A program made the translations under genes and the position numbers. Positions 9,853 through 18,525 of a stretch of 60,281 nucleotides of DNA are shown here, piece after piece. The DNA lies in assembly GCA_964606845.1 (NCBI GenBank), contig CAZSIC010000006.1, forward strand, positions 1 through 60,281, read 5' to 3'. Source of the DNA: an uncultured Bacteroidales bacterium (GTDB lineage Bacteria; Bacteroidota; Bacteroidia; Bacteroidales; UBA12077). The notes under the pieces were generated by a model, which ran no database searches, was not told the origin of the DNA, and saw only the letters and a list, made by a program, of their open reading frames with translations. Each line of letters starts with the position of its first letter. Position 1 is the first letter of the stretch.

Positions 9853-10311
9853 ATGATTATGGATAAGAAAATACTGAAGAAAAATATTATAAAATCTTGT
9901 ATTGATATACTTGAAACAAATATTAAAACAAGCAAAGATCGGATTCAAGAAATCATACAAACAGCCAATGATTATGAGGGCGATCATGATATGTTTGACC
10001 CTTTTAAGGAAGAAATGATGAAGAAAAAAGATCTTCAGGTAAAACAGATGGAAAAATTTTTAGAAGATTTGAAACTGGTTAAAAAGGTTGACCCTAATAA
10101 AATATGCAAAAAAGTAGAATTTGGTGCAGTTATCATTACAGATAAACAAAAAATGTTCGTTTCTGCTGCATTGGGCAAAATTTCTGTTGAAGAAGAAAGT
10201 TATTATGCAATTTCTACGCAGGTTCCTGTTTTTAAAGCAATGAAAGATTTAAAATCCGGTGATACGTTTAATATTAACAACAACACATTTACTATTAAAG
10301 ATATTTTTTAG
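9853..10311 (+). CDS. GreA/GreB C-terminal-like domain protein
   Basis: Helical N-terminus followed by KVEFGAVI...FVSAALG...YAISTQVPVFKAM...GDTF; TATATTTG promoter box at 9831-9838. Confidence 0.65.
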   Translation: MIMDKKILKKNIIKSCIDILETNIKTSKDRIQEIIQTANDYEGDHDMFDPFKEEMMKKKDLQVKQMEKFLEDLKLVKKVDPNKICKKVEFGAVIITDKQKMFVSAALGKISVEEESYYAISTQVPVFKAMKDLKSGDTFNINNNTFTIKDIF

Positions 10312-10326
10312 ACATAATTTAAAGGC

Positions 10327-11085
10327 GTGAGGGAAAGATATTTTGTACAATTAAGTTATAAAGGCACCAATTACCACGGTTGGCAAATTCAACCCAATGC
10401 ATTAACAGTACAGGAAGTACTAACCAAAGCATTTTCAACAATTTTAAAGGAAGAATTAGAAATTACCGGAGCTGGCAGAACTGACAGCGGAGTTCATTCC
10501 AGTTTTTTTGTTGCACATTTTGATAGTTCTAAAAAAGGCCTGGATAAAGATTTAAAACTGGTATTTAAATTAAACAGCTTTTTGCCAAAAGACATAGCCC
10601 TTTTTAGAATTGTAAAAGTAAATAACGAGGCACACGCCCGTTTTGATGCTACAGATAGAACCTACAGATACTACATACATCAGCGAAAAGATGTGTTTAT
10701 TAATAGCACCTCATGGTATTTACCAGTTGACCTGGATGTTGAATTAATGAATAAAGCTGCCCGGGTACTATTAAATTATGATGACTTTACCAGTTTTTGT
10801 AAACTGAATACAGATGTAAAAACGAACATTTGCAAAGTAACTGAAGCCAGATGGTCAAAAGATGATTACCGATTAATATTTACGATTAAAGCCGACCGCT
10901 TTTTGCGCAATATGGTACGTGCTATTGTTGGTACATTGGTTGATGTGGGAAAAGAGAATTTAACATTAGAAGAGTTTAAACAAGTTATTGAAAACAAAAA
11001 CAGAGATGATGCTGGCGTATCTGTACCTGCTCATGGACTTTTTCTGGAAGATATAAAGTATCCACAATCAGTTTATCAGACTTAA
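10327..11085 (+). CDS. truA: tRNA pseudouridine(38-40) synthase
   Basis: YKGTNYHGWQIQ, GAGRTDSGVH, HARFDA, FLRNMVRAIVG, PAHGLFL. Confidence 0.96.
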   Translation: MRERYFVQLSYKGTNYHGWQIQPNALTVQEVLTKAFSTILKEELEITGAGRTDSGVHSSFFVAHFDSSKKGLDKDLKLVFKLNSFLPKDIALFRIVKVNNEAHARFDATDRTYRYYIHQRKDVFINSTSWYLPVDLDVELMNKAARVLLNYDDFTSFCKLNTDVKTNICKVTEARWSKDDYRLIFTIKADRFLRNMVRAIVGTLVDVGKENLTLEEFKQVIENKNRDDAGVSVPAHGLFLEDIKYPQSVYQT

Positions 11086-11237
11086 GCTTTATTTTTATTT
11101 AACTGACTGAACCACAGAAACTACGTAATATAGTTAAAAAATTAGTTCTTGTATTTATTAATCAAAATAAAATTTATTAGTATCTTAGAAACGCTTTATT
11201 AAGCTATATTTGCATTTAAAAATACAGTACTATTGCT

Positions 11238-13016
11238 ATGAAATTTAGATTTACCATTGCAAAAAAATTAATTCTGGGCTTTGGAATTGTTACTTTAGCT
11301 ATTTTAGCCAATATCCATTTAATCAATACTACATTAAAGGAAAGTATTGTTTCCAACGATAAAATATCAAATGTATACTCGCCTTCTGCAGAATTAATCA
11401 GGGAATTATCCAATTTAATGATTTCATCAAAGATGTTAATTAAAAATTGGGTATATATTGATAAAAAACAAGATACTCAGGATAAACTCAGGTTAGAAGA
11501 GCTTCATCAGGAAACATTGCCCGAAATCAATCAACAAATTTCAAAACTTTCTGGCCAGTGGGAACAAGAAAAACAAGAAATGTATCGTGAGATATATACA
11601 ACCATTCAAGATACCTTATTTCCTTTACATCAAAAAGTAATGAACAGCCTTTCAACTTTCGAAAGCTATGATGATGCTTTTATATTGATGTTTGAAATCT
11701 ACCCTTTGGTTGAAGAAGATGGCGAAATCATTGTTTTAAGTGATCAAGTCATTGAAAAATTAAATGAATTATCTAAGCAGTTAGACAATAAAGTTTCTGA
11801 GGCCCGACAGGACATGGCACAATCATTTAACAGCCTCGAAAACTTTATTTATATTGCCGGTATTATTTTGGTAGTTATTGCAATTGCCATTGCGTTATAT
11901 CTTGCGCGTGTTATAATTACTCCAATTCAAAAAATTAAAGGGATTTTATTGGAAATGGGTAAAGGTATTATGCCCAAAAAACAGATTAAAGAAACTAATG
12001 ATGAAATTGGCGAAATGGCAGGTGCACTGAATAATCTGATCAGAGGGTTAAAAGAAACAACAGAATTTGCTTTGGAAATTGGCAAACACAATTTTGATAG
12101 CCCTTATGTACCATTAAGTGACGAAGATGATTTGGGAAATGCGTTGCTTGATATGCGAACAAATTTAAAACATGCTACAGAAGAAGAAGAAAAACGAAAA
12201 AAAGAAGACGAACAAAGAAACTGGGCATCGCAGGGTATTGCCAAATTTAGCGAAATACTTCGACAAAACAATGATGATTTAACCAAGTTATCATACGATG
12301 TTATTAGCAATTTGGTAAAATATTGTGATGCAAACCAGGGTGGGCTGTTTATTTTAAATGATGATGACCCCGATAACCCTTTTATTGAAATGAGTGCTGC
12401 TTATGCATATAACAGGAAAAAGTTTTTAGAAAAACGCATCGAACCCGGCGTAGGACTTATCGGAAGAGCAATCCAGGAAAGCGAAACGATTTATTTGACT
12501 GATATTCCTGACGATTATATTTCGATTACCTCAGGATTAGGAAACGAAAACCCGCGAAGTTTACTGATTGTCCCACTAAAACTTAACGAAGAAGTTTTTG
12601 GCGCTATAGAAATAGCAGCATTTAAACCATTTGAAAAATATCAAATTGAATTTGTCGAAAAAATTGGCGAAAGTATTGCTGCTACTTTCTCATCAGCAAA
12701 AATTAATATCCGTACTGCCGAGTTATTAGAAAAAACACAACAGCAAGCCGAAGAGATGAAAGCCCAGGAAGAAGAGATGCGGCAAAATATGGAAGAATTA
12801 CAAGCCACACAGGAAGAATCGGCACGTCGCGAAGCTGAACTTGAGCAGAAAGTTAATGAATACGAAAAATTTAAAAAACAGCAGGAAAAATTTGTTAAAA
12901 AACTGGATGGTAACCTTTCAGGCAACCTGGTTTCTACAATTGATGATGATGAAGATGATAATGAAAATGATATGGATGATGATACAGAAGAAAACGATGA
13001 CAAAAAAAAGAAATAA
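11238..13016 (+). CDS. Membrane sensor: periplasmic helical domain + HAMP + GAF + coiled coil
   Basis: Two TM helices, HAMP (PIQKI...DEIGEMAGALN), GAF (GVGLIGRA...SLLIVPLK...GAIEIA), coiled coil QEEEMRQNMEELQATQEE, acidic tail. Confidence 0.8.
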   Translation: MKFRFTIAKKLILGFGIVTLAILANIHLINTTLKESIVSNDKISNVYSPSAELIRELSNLMISSKMLIKNWVYIDKKQDTQDKLRLEELHQETLPEINQQISKLSGQWEQEKQEMYREIYTTIQDTLFPLHQKVMNSLSTFESYDDAFILMFEIYPLVEEDGEIIVLSDQVIEKLNELSKQLDNKVSEARQDMAQSFNSLENFIYIAGIILVVIAIAIALYLARVIITPIQKIKGILLEMGKGIMPKKQIKETNDEIGEMAGALNNLIRGLKETTEFALEIGKHNFDSPYVPLSDEDDLGNALLDMRTNLKHATEEEEKRKKEDEQRNWASQGIAKFSEILRQNNDDLTKLSYDVISNLVKYCDANQGGLFILNDDDPDNPFIEMSAAYAYNRKKFLEKRIEPGVGLIGRAIQESETIYLTDIPDDYISITSGLGNENPRSLLIVPLKLNEEVFGAIEIAAFKPFEKYQIEFVEKIGESIAATFSSAKINIRTAELLEKTQQQAEEMKAQEEEMRQNMEELQATQEESARREAELEQKVNEYEKFKKQQEKFVKKLDGNLSGNLVSTIDDDEDDNENDMDDDTEENDDKKKK

Positions 13017-13037
13017 ACCATTCTCGATTAAACTGAT

Positions 13038-13069
13038 AAAAAGAGCTAACAAAAATTAGCTCTTTTTTT
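13038..13069. terminator. Bidirectional intrinsic terminator
   Basis: AAAAAGAGCTAA-CAAAAA-TTAGCTCTTTTTTT between convergent genes. Confidence 0.75.
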
Positions 13070-13397
13070 GATCTATTTCGTCAATTAACTGATTTAAGCT
13101 TGTAGATATATCTTCTTCGTTTATCATTTTATATTCACAGGGGATTTTAAAATCAATAGCTGAAAGAGTTAATACGGTATCAATTCCTTCTTCACTCAAA
13201 AGATTGTTAAAATCTTTAAGATTTAAATTTTTCTTGTTGAAAAATTCTGAAGTTTTAATTTTTCCAGCTAACTGATAGCTTCTGTTGCTAACATTATACA
13301 GTAAATAATACATTGCTTGCTTAATGCCATTTTCAGAAATGGTTAATCCGTCATCGGTTGGAATTAAAACTTTAATATCAAAATCTTTTTTTGGCAT
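13056..13397 (-). CDS. Hypothetical protein, weak NifB/NifX-like N-terminus
   Basis: 113-aa ORF starting 1 nt after the MalY gene stop; KVLIPTDDGLTIS resembles NifB/NifX-family starts. Confidence 0.55.
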   Translation of the reverse strand: MPKKDFDIKVLIPTDDGLTISENGIKQAMYYLLYNVSNRSYQLAGKIKTSEFFNKKNLNLKDFNNLLSEEGIDTVLTLSAIDFKIPCEYKMINEEDISTSLNQLIDEIDQKKS

Positions 13398-13398
13398 A

Positions 13399-14571
13399 TT
13401 ATGGTAATTCGTTAACTGCTGCTTTTAGTTTGTTTAATGCCTGTTCAATTGTTTTGCGTGGACAGGCAACATTCATGCGCATAAAACCATCGCCACCGGC
13501 ACCAAACATTCTGCCGTCGTTAAATCCCAGTCCTGCATCATTGATCATAAAATCTTTTAAATCTTTGTTTTTAAGATTCAGGTTAGAACAGTCGAGCCAC
13601 ATTAAATAGGTACCTTCGGGGCGTATAACTTTTATATCTGTTATATGCTCAGAAAAATATTGCTCAACAAAATCCATATTCTTAGAAAGATACATGAGGA
13701 GCTGATCAAGCCATTCGTCGCCATAATTATACGCTGCTTCGGAGGCAATTGTACCAAAAATATTACCCATGCCAATATGGATTGTATCTAATATTTGATC
13801 ATATTTTTCTTTTAATAAAGGATTAGATGTAATTACTGATGATGTTGCCAGTCCTGCCATATTAAAAGTTTTGGAAGGAGCAATAAAGGTTACCGTATTT
13901 TTTTTAATTGCTGGTGAAACCGAGGCCATGGGGACAAATTTAGCAGGCCTAAAAACCAGGTCGGCATGGATTTCATCGGCCATAATGAGCACATCATTTT
14001 CCACACATAGTTCACCTAATTTTTGCAGTTCTTCTTTAGTCCAAACAGAGCCACCGGGATTATGCGGATTAGACAACAAGATCATTTTTGCATCTTGTAG
14101 TTTTTGTTCCATATCCTTAAAATCTATAAAATAACGTCCATCTTGCAGTTTTAAGGGATTTTCAACCTGTACACGATTATTATTACTTATCGCTGAAAAG
14201 AAAGGATGATAAACCGGTGGTTGAACAATAATTTTATCGCCGGGGCTGGTATAAGCCATTATTGCCATATTAATTGCGGGAACAATTCCCGGGCTGAACG
14301 AAATCCAGTCCTTTTCAATTTCCCATTGATGTCTTCGCTTTAACCAGTTAATAATCGACTGATAATAGGAATCAGGCCTGAAACTATATCCCAAAATGGA
14401 ATGTTCTAATCTTTTTTTCAGTGGTTCGATAATAAAATCAGGGGTTTTAAAATCCATATCGGCAACCCACATAGGAATAATATCCTCTTTGCCAAACACC
14501 TTTTTTCGTAAATCAAACTTTACCGATGCTGTATTATCCCTGTCAATGATTTCATCAAAATTGTATTTCAT
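13399..14571 (-). CDS. MalY/PatB family PLP-dependent C-S lyase
   Basis: PMWVADMDF, SNPHNPGG, ADEIHADL, APSKTFNMAGL, PEGTYLMWLD. ATG 14571 preferred. Confidence 0.92.
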   Translation of the reverse strand: MKYNFDEIIDRDNTASVKFDLRKKVFGKEDIIPMWVADMDFKTPDFIIEPLKKRLEHSILGYSFRPDSYYQSIINWLKRRHQWEIEKDWISFSPGIVPAINMAIMAYTSPGDKIIVQPPVYHPFFSAISNNNRVQVENPLKLQDGRYFIDFKDMEQKLQDAKMILLSNPHNPGGSVWTKEELQKLGELCVENDVLIMADEIHADLVFRPAKFVPMASVSPAIKKNTVTFIAPSKTFNMAGLATSSVITSNPLLKEKYDQILDTIHIGMGNIFGTIASEAAYNYGDEWLDQLLMYLSKNMDFVEQYFSEHITDIKVIRPEGTYLMWLDCSNLNLKNKDLKDFMINDAGLGFNDGRMFGAGGDGFMRMNVACPRKTIEQALNKLKAAVNELP

Positions 14572-14593
14572 AAAAAATTTTTTCACAAAAAAT

Positions 14594-14634
14594 AAAAGGC
14601 CGTATTTTTATGAAATTACTTACTACGGCCTTTT
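14594..14634 (-). terminator. Probable intrinsic terminator / intergenic hairpin
   Basis: AAAAGGCCGTA...TACGGCCTTTT downstream of the nitroreductase gene. Confidence 0.6.
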
Positions 14635-14652
14635 GCTAAATTTCGTATTTTT

Positions 14653-15288
14653 TTATTCTGAATAACCAACCGACTGACTGTAAATAACATGTTTATCGCC
14701 TTCAAGTTGTAATAATTCGGCTGCTTTTTCTTTATCAATCATTGCGCGGAATACTGATATCAAACCTTCCGAAGCACAATATAAATAAACATTTTGACCA
14801 ATAAAACCAGAATGTGTAGCTGCTGTCATTGTTTTAATATCATCAGAACTATCGCCCAGTTTATCAAAATCGGAAACATAAATTAAGTTAACTGCGGCTA
14901 TTTTCACAAAATCCTGCAACCCGGCTACTTCGCGTTGGTCCTGATCAGAAATTTGAATTAAAGCATGCTCTTCAGGATTATATAAAAATACACCATTGCT
15001 GGTTGTTATATAAACTTCAATATCCTGACGGTTTCTGGACGTTGGAATAGTGTGCTTTCCCGTCTCCGGACGATTAATTCCATATGCAGCCCACAATAAA
15101 TCAGATAATTGTTGTTGTGTTAAATCTTTGTCAATAAAATCACGGCCCGATTGTCTTTCATTAATCGCCTGCATTAAAGGCATTCCTCCTTCTTTATTTG
15201 GTTCCGGAAGTTTTATTAAGTCTTGCGCCAGACTTATGTTTGCAAAAGCAATAAAAAAGAATACAAAAAATAAGTTTAATTTTTTCAT
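14653..15288 (-). CDS. SagB/ThcOx-like nitroreductase family protein with signal peptide
   Basis: IKLPEP...GGMPLMQAINERQSGR...LSDLLWAAYGINR...QNVYLYCASEGL. Real start 15288 (MKKLNLFF); the longer ORF overlaps the thioesterase gene. Confidence 0.85.
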   Translation of the reverse strand: MKKLNLFFVFFFIAFANISLAQDLIKLPEPNKEGGMPLMQAINERQSGRDFIDKDLTQQQLSDLLWAAYGINRPETGKHTIPTSRNRQDIEVYITTSNGVFLYNPEEHALIQISDQDQREVAGLQDFVKIAAVNLIYVSDFDKLGDSSDDIKTMTAATHSGFIGQNVYLYCASEGLISVFRAMIDKEKAAELLQLEGDKHVIYSQSVGYSE

Positions 15289-15295
15289 AATAGTT

Positions 15296-15688
15296 TTATT
15301 TTTCAGGTTTATATTTTTCCATAAATTTTTTTGTGTTGATGATATAGCGGGTATGGGTTCCCTCACCAATTTTTCCTTCTTCATCATGAGCAACCACATG
15401 AAACACCAGTTTTTTATCATCAATTTCTTTAAGCGTAGCTGTACATTCAACTTTCATTCCTATGGGTGTTGGTTTTAAGTGTCGCACATTGACTTCAAAT
15501 CCAACGGTATTATAATCTTCGGGTAAATGAGTAAAAACTGTTTTGAGCGCAGCATTTTCCATAAGTGCTATCATTGCAGGTGTGGCAAAAACTTCAACCA
15601 AACCCGAACCATATTTTGCAGCTGTATCCTCGTAGACAACAACCTGTGTTGCCGTATAAGACATGCCCGGTTTTAAGTTAAATTCCAT
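15296..15688 (-). CDS. FlK-like hot-dog fold thioesterase
   Basis: VFATPAMIALMENAA, TVG, HLKPTPIG, IGEGTHTR. Confidence 0.9.
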   Translation of the reverse strand: MEFNLKPGMSYTATQVVVYEDTAAKYGSGLVEVFATPAMIALMENAALKTVFTHLPEDYNTVGFEVNVRHLKPTPIGMKVECTATLKEIDDKKLVFHVVAHDEEGKIGEGTHTRYIINTKKFMEKYKPEK

Positions 15689-15715
15689 ACTATCTGATTT
15701 TTGAGAATTTAATTT

Positions 15716-16909
15716 TTATTTTAATTTTTCAGCCATTGCTTTGGCTATGGTTGCACAGCGCTCAAATTCTTCGTTACCCGGAATTCCTTTGGTATCTACC
15801 GGATCGGAAACCAGTTCCCACTGAATTTTTTCGTAAAATTTATGCAATGATTTTACACCTCCGCCATTCCAACTGTAGGAGCCGAAAATTCCTAGCAGAT
15901 GATTTTTAACACCCATATGTTCGAGCGTTCGGGTTAAATGTTCCAGGGTTGGCAACATCCCTGAATTATAGGCACAACTGCCTAATATTACACCTTGATA
16001 TCGCCAAATTTCGTTGATTAGGTAAGAAATATGGGTTTTCGAAGCATCGTACACCCGGATTTTCTTTATTCCGTTTTCGGCCAGTTTGCGTGCAATAAAA
16101 TCGGCTAATTTAGCTGTATTTCCATACATTGATCCATAAATAATAACCACTCCTTTTTCCGATTCGTATTTACTCCATTTATCGTATAATGAAAGCACTT
16201 TATTAACATCTGAACGCCAAACAGGCCCATGGGTGGAACAAACATATTTTATCTCAACACCATCGAGTTTTTTAAACGCTTTTTGCACCATATTGCTGTA
16301 CTGCCCAACAATATTAGAAAAATACCGTCGCATTTCTTCTTCGTAGTAATCTTCAAACTCAATCTCATCATCGAAAATACCCCCGTCTAAGGCTCCAAAA
16401 CTGCCGAATGCATCTCCCGAGAAAAGCATCTTTTCTGTTTCATCATAAGTCATCATGGTTTCGGGCCAGTGCACCCAGGGTGTCATTACAAATTTTAGCT
16501 TGTGATGACCTAAGTCAATTTGACTGCCATCCTCTATTTGATGCCATTTCTCTTGGTATCCATAATAGGATTCAATTATTTTGAAAGTCTTCAAATTACC
16601 TACCAGTTTAATATCCGGATAACGTTCCACAATGGCTTTCATCGCACCAGAATGGTCGGGTTCCATATGATTGATGATAAGATAATCTATTGTCCGGTCT
16701 TTCCCAATCAGTTCCTCAATTTTTTCCAGGTAATCATCAGATGAACCTTGCTCAAGGGTATCTACCAGGGCAATCTTATCATCCACAATTAAATAAGAAT
16801 TATATGATATGCCATAAGGCAATGGCCACATATTTTCAAACAGGTTTGTACGGCGGTCATTAGCGCCTATCCAATATACTTTGTCGGTTATTTTTACTGA
16901 ATTATGCAT
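15716..16909 (-). CDS. fprA: FprA family flavodiiron (A-type flavo)protein
   Basis: GISYNSYLI, NHMEPDHSG, VHWPETM, FSGDAFGSF, STHG, flavodoxin YGSMYGNT. Confidence 0.93.
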   Translation of the reverse strand: MHNSVKITDKVYWIGANDRRTNLFENMWPLPYGISYNSYLIVDDKIALVDTLEQGSSDDYLEKIEELIGKDRTIDYLIINHMEPDHSGAMKAIVERYPDIKLVGNLKTFKIIESYYGYQEKWHQIEDGSQIDLGHHKLKFVMTPWVHWPETMMTYDETEKMLFSGDAFGSFGALDGGIFDDEIEFEDYYEEEMRRYFSNIVGQYSNMVQKAFKKLDGVEIKYVCSTHGPVWRSDVNKVLSLYDKWSKYESEKGVVIIYGSMYGNTAKLADFIARKLAENGIKKIRVYDASKTHISYLINEIWRYQGVILGSCAYNSGMLPTLEHLTRTLEHMGVKNHLLGIFGSYSWNGGGVKSLHKFYEKIQWELVSDPVDTKGIPGNEEFERCATIAKAMAEKLK

Positions 16910-17043
16910 ATTTAGATTTTTATCGTTTTATAATTGGACATAAAATTATAACAAATATGTATTTAAAAAAAGGAATTAGAAATGATAATGAACAGTTGTT
17001 TGCAGGAACTAAAACCTGCCCAATAAATTTAATTTGTAAAAAG

Positions 17044-17082
17044 AAAAAAGTGCATAGTTTTTTTATGAACTACGCACTTTTT
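17044..17082 (-). terminator. Intrinsic terminator of the metal-uptake operon
   Basis: Minus strand AAAAAGTGCGTAGTT-loop-AACTATGCACTTTTTT just after the 17102 stop. Confidence 0.75.
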
Positions 17083-17101
17083 ATAAAGCTTTCAGACTTT
17101 T

Positions 17102-17593
17102 TTAACGATGTAACATTTTAATGCTTAATCCTTTTTGAGTGGACCACCCCTCTTTGTCTGTTAAGCTAATAAAAAAATGATAATCACCTTCATCAAATAA
17201 TCCATCACCATTTTCGGAAGGAATTGAAATGGATAAACTTGTTTTATGTTCTTGTAAACCGGCAGGTATATCATAATCTTCAATAAAAATAAATGGGTTA
17301 ACCGGATCTTTAACTGGGTCTAGTTCACACTCAGTAACTTCGGTACTGTGCGAATGATGGTCGAAATTGTGGTGGATATCAACACTATATGAACCCAATT
17401 CAACATTATCGGAGAATAATACCTTCAGCTCAAATGATTCTCCGAAATAGAGTGTATCGCAATTCAGAGGGAAGGCATCCTCGATGGTTAGGTCAATTGC
17501 TGGTTTTTCTTTATCTATTTCATCGTCTTTTTCGCAGGAACTGAAAAACGCAAGCAAAAAAAATGAAATAATAACTATGCTGTATATTTTCAT
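17102..17593 (-). CDS. DUF4625-like His-rich lipoprotein
   Basis: Lipobox FSSC, SDNVELGSYSVDIHHNFDHHSH, GDYHF, TDKEGW. Confidence 0.85.
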   Translation of the reverse strand: MKIYSIVIISFFLLAFFSSCEKDDEIDKEKPAIDLTIEDAFPLNCDTLYFGESFELKVLFSDNVELGSYSVDIHHNFDHHSHSTEVTECELDPVKDPVNPFIFIEDYDIPAGLQEHKTSLSISIPSENGDGLFDEGDYHFFISLTDKEGWSTQKGLSIKMLHR

Positions 17594-17650
17594 ATCAAAA
17601 ATAATTAAGGGCAGGTTTTTAAAATAACCTGCCCAAATTTTTTACAATCA

Positions 17651-18496
17651 CTAATTGATTACAATTGGATAATGACTTGAAACTGTCCCGTTACCACCAA
17701 AAGCATCTTTACATTTTACCAATATATAGTAATCAGCAGATTGCCAGGCAATATCTCCCGTTATTTCTTTCGGTTCGATATTGTTATCATATTCTGCTCC
17801 CACCTCTATACTTGCTGAAAAATTGTGGGAAGTTGGACTATCGAATTCATGGGTATGCAAAATGGTAATGGTGTTGGTGGCATTCACTTCGGCATCGGTT
17901 AAATTCTGGTTAACACGCACTAAACCAATATACATGCCACCCAAAGCCTTATCATCGCTCACAGATCCTGAGATGTTAATCATATCTCCATCACTGAATA
18001 CTTCTCCATCTGTTGGAGCTGAGTTAATAGTGATTTCCGGATTTACATCATCAGATGGTTGTTGGATTTCGATTTCATCTTCAAAAACTGTTTGTTGCCC
18101 TTCCAAATCGGTAACAATAAAATGAAAATGATAATGCCCGGTGTCGGCATGTACGGGAACATCAATATGTTCATGGAAATTTGTGTTCTTCAATCCCGAA
18201 AATTTGGTGTAAGTAGTATCAACTTCCCATTCATCATCATGTAAGGTCTGTGAGGTACTTTTGTGGTCATGCTCACCTTCCGGATGAATTTCAATGGTTA
18301 TGATATCAATTTTCCCTTCGGCAACAATTTCAGCTTCTATATGCAAATCAGCACCTGCATAAGCTATTTTGTTGTTTTCGTAACCCAGTTCAGTTAAATC
18401 TACAACTGGTTTTGGGTTTGTTTCATCATCTTCACATGAAGTGAAAAATAAACTTGCTGTTAAAGCAATTGCAATTAAAAAAATTTTTTTGTTCAT
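17651..18496 (-). CDS. DUF4625-like His-rich lipoprotein (two Ig-like domains)
   Basis: Lipobox FTSC, DLHIEAEI, FHEHIDVP, GHYHFH, VTDLEG. ATG 18496 preferred. Confidence 0.85.
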   Translation of the reverse strand: MNKKIFLIAIALTASLFFTSCEDDETNPKPVVDLTELGYENNKIAYAGADLHIEAEIVAEGKIDIITIEIHPEGEHDHKSTSQTLHDDEWEVDTTYTKFSGLKNTNFHEHIDVPVHADTGHYHFHFIVTDLEGQQTVFEDEIEIQQPSDDVNPEITINSAPTDGEVFSDGDMINISGSVSDDKALGGMYIGLVRVNQNLTDAEVNATNTITILHTHEFDSPTSHNFSASIEVGAEYDNNIEPKEITGDIAWQSADYYILVKCKDAFGGNGTVSSHYPIVIN

Positions 18497-18525
18497 AATT
18501 TTAAAATTTAAATGGTTATACATTA

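Noticed and set aside
15289-15450. N-terminal extension of the nitroreductase ORF
   Set aside because: Overlaps the thioesterase gene in another frame; a signal peptide begins at 15288.
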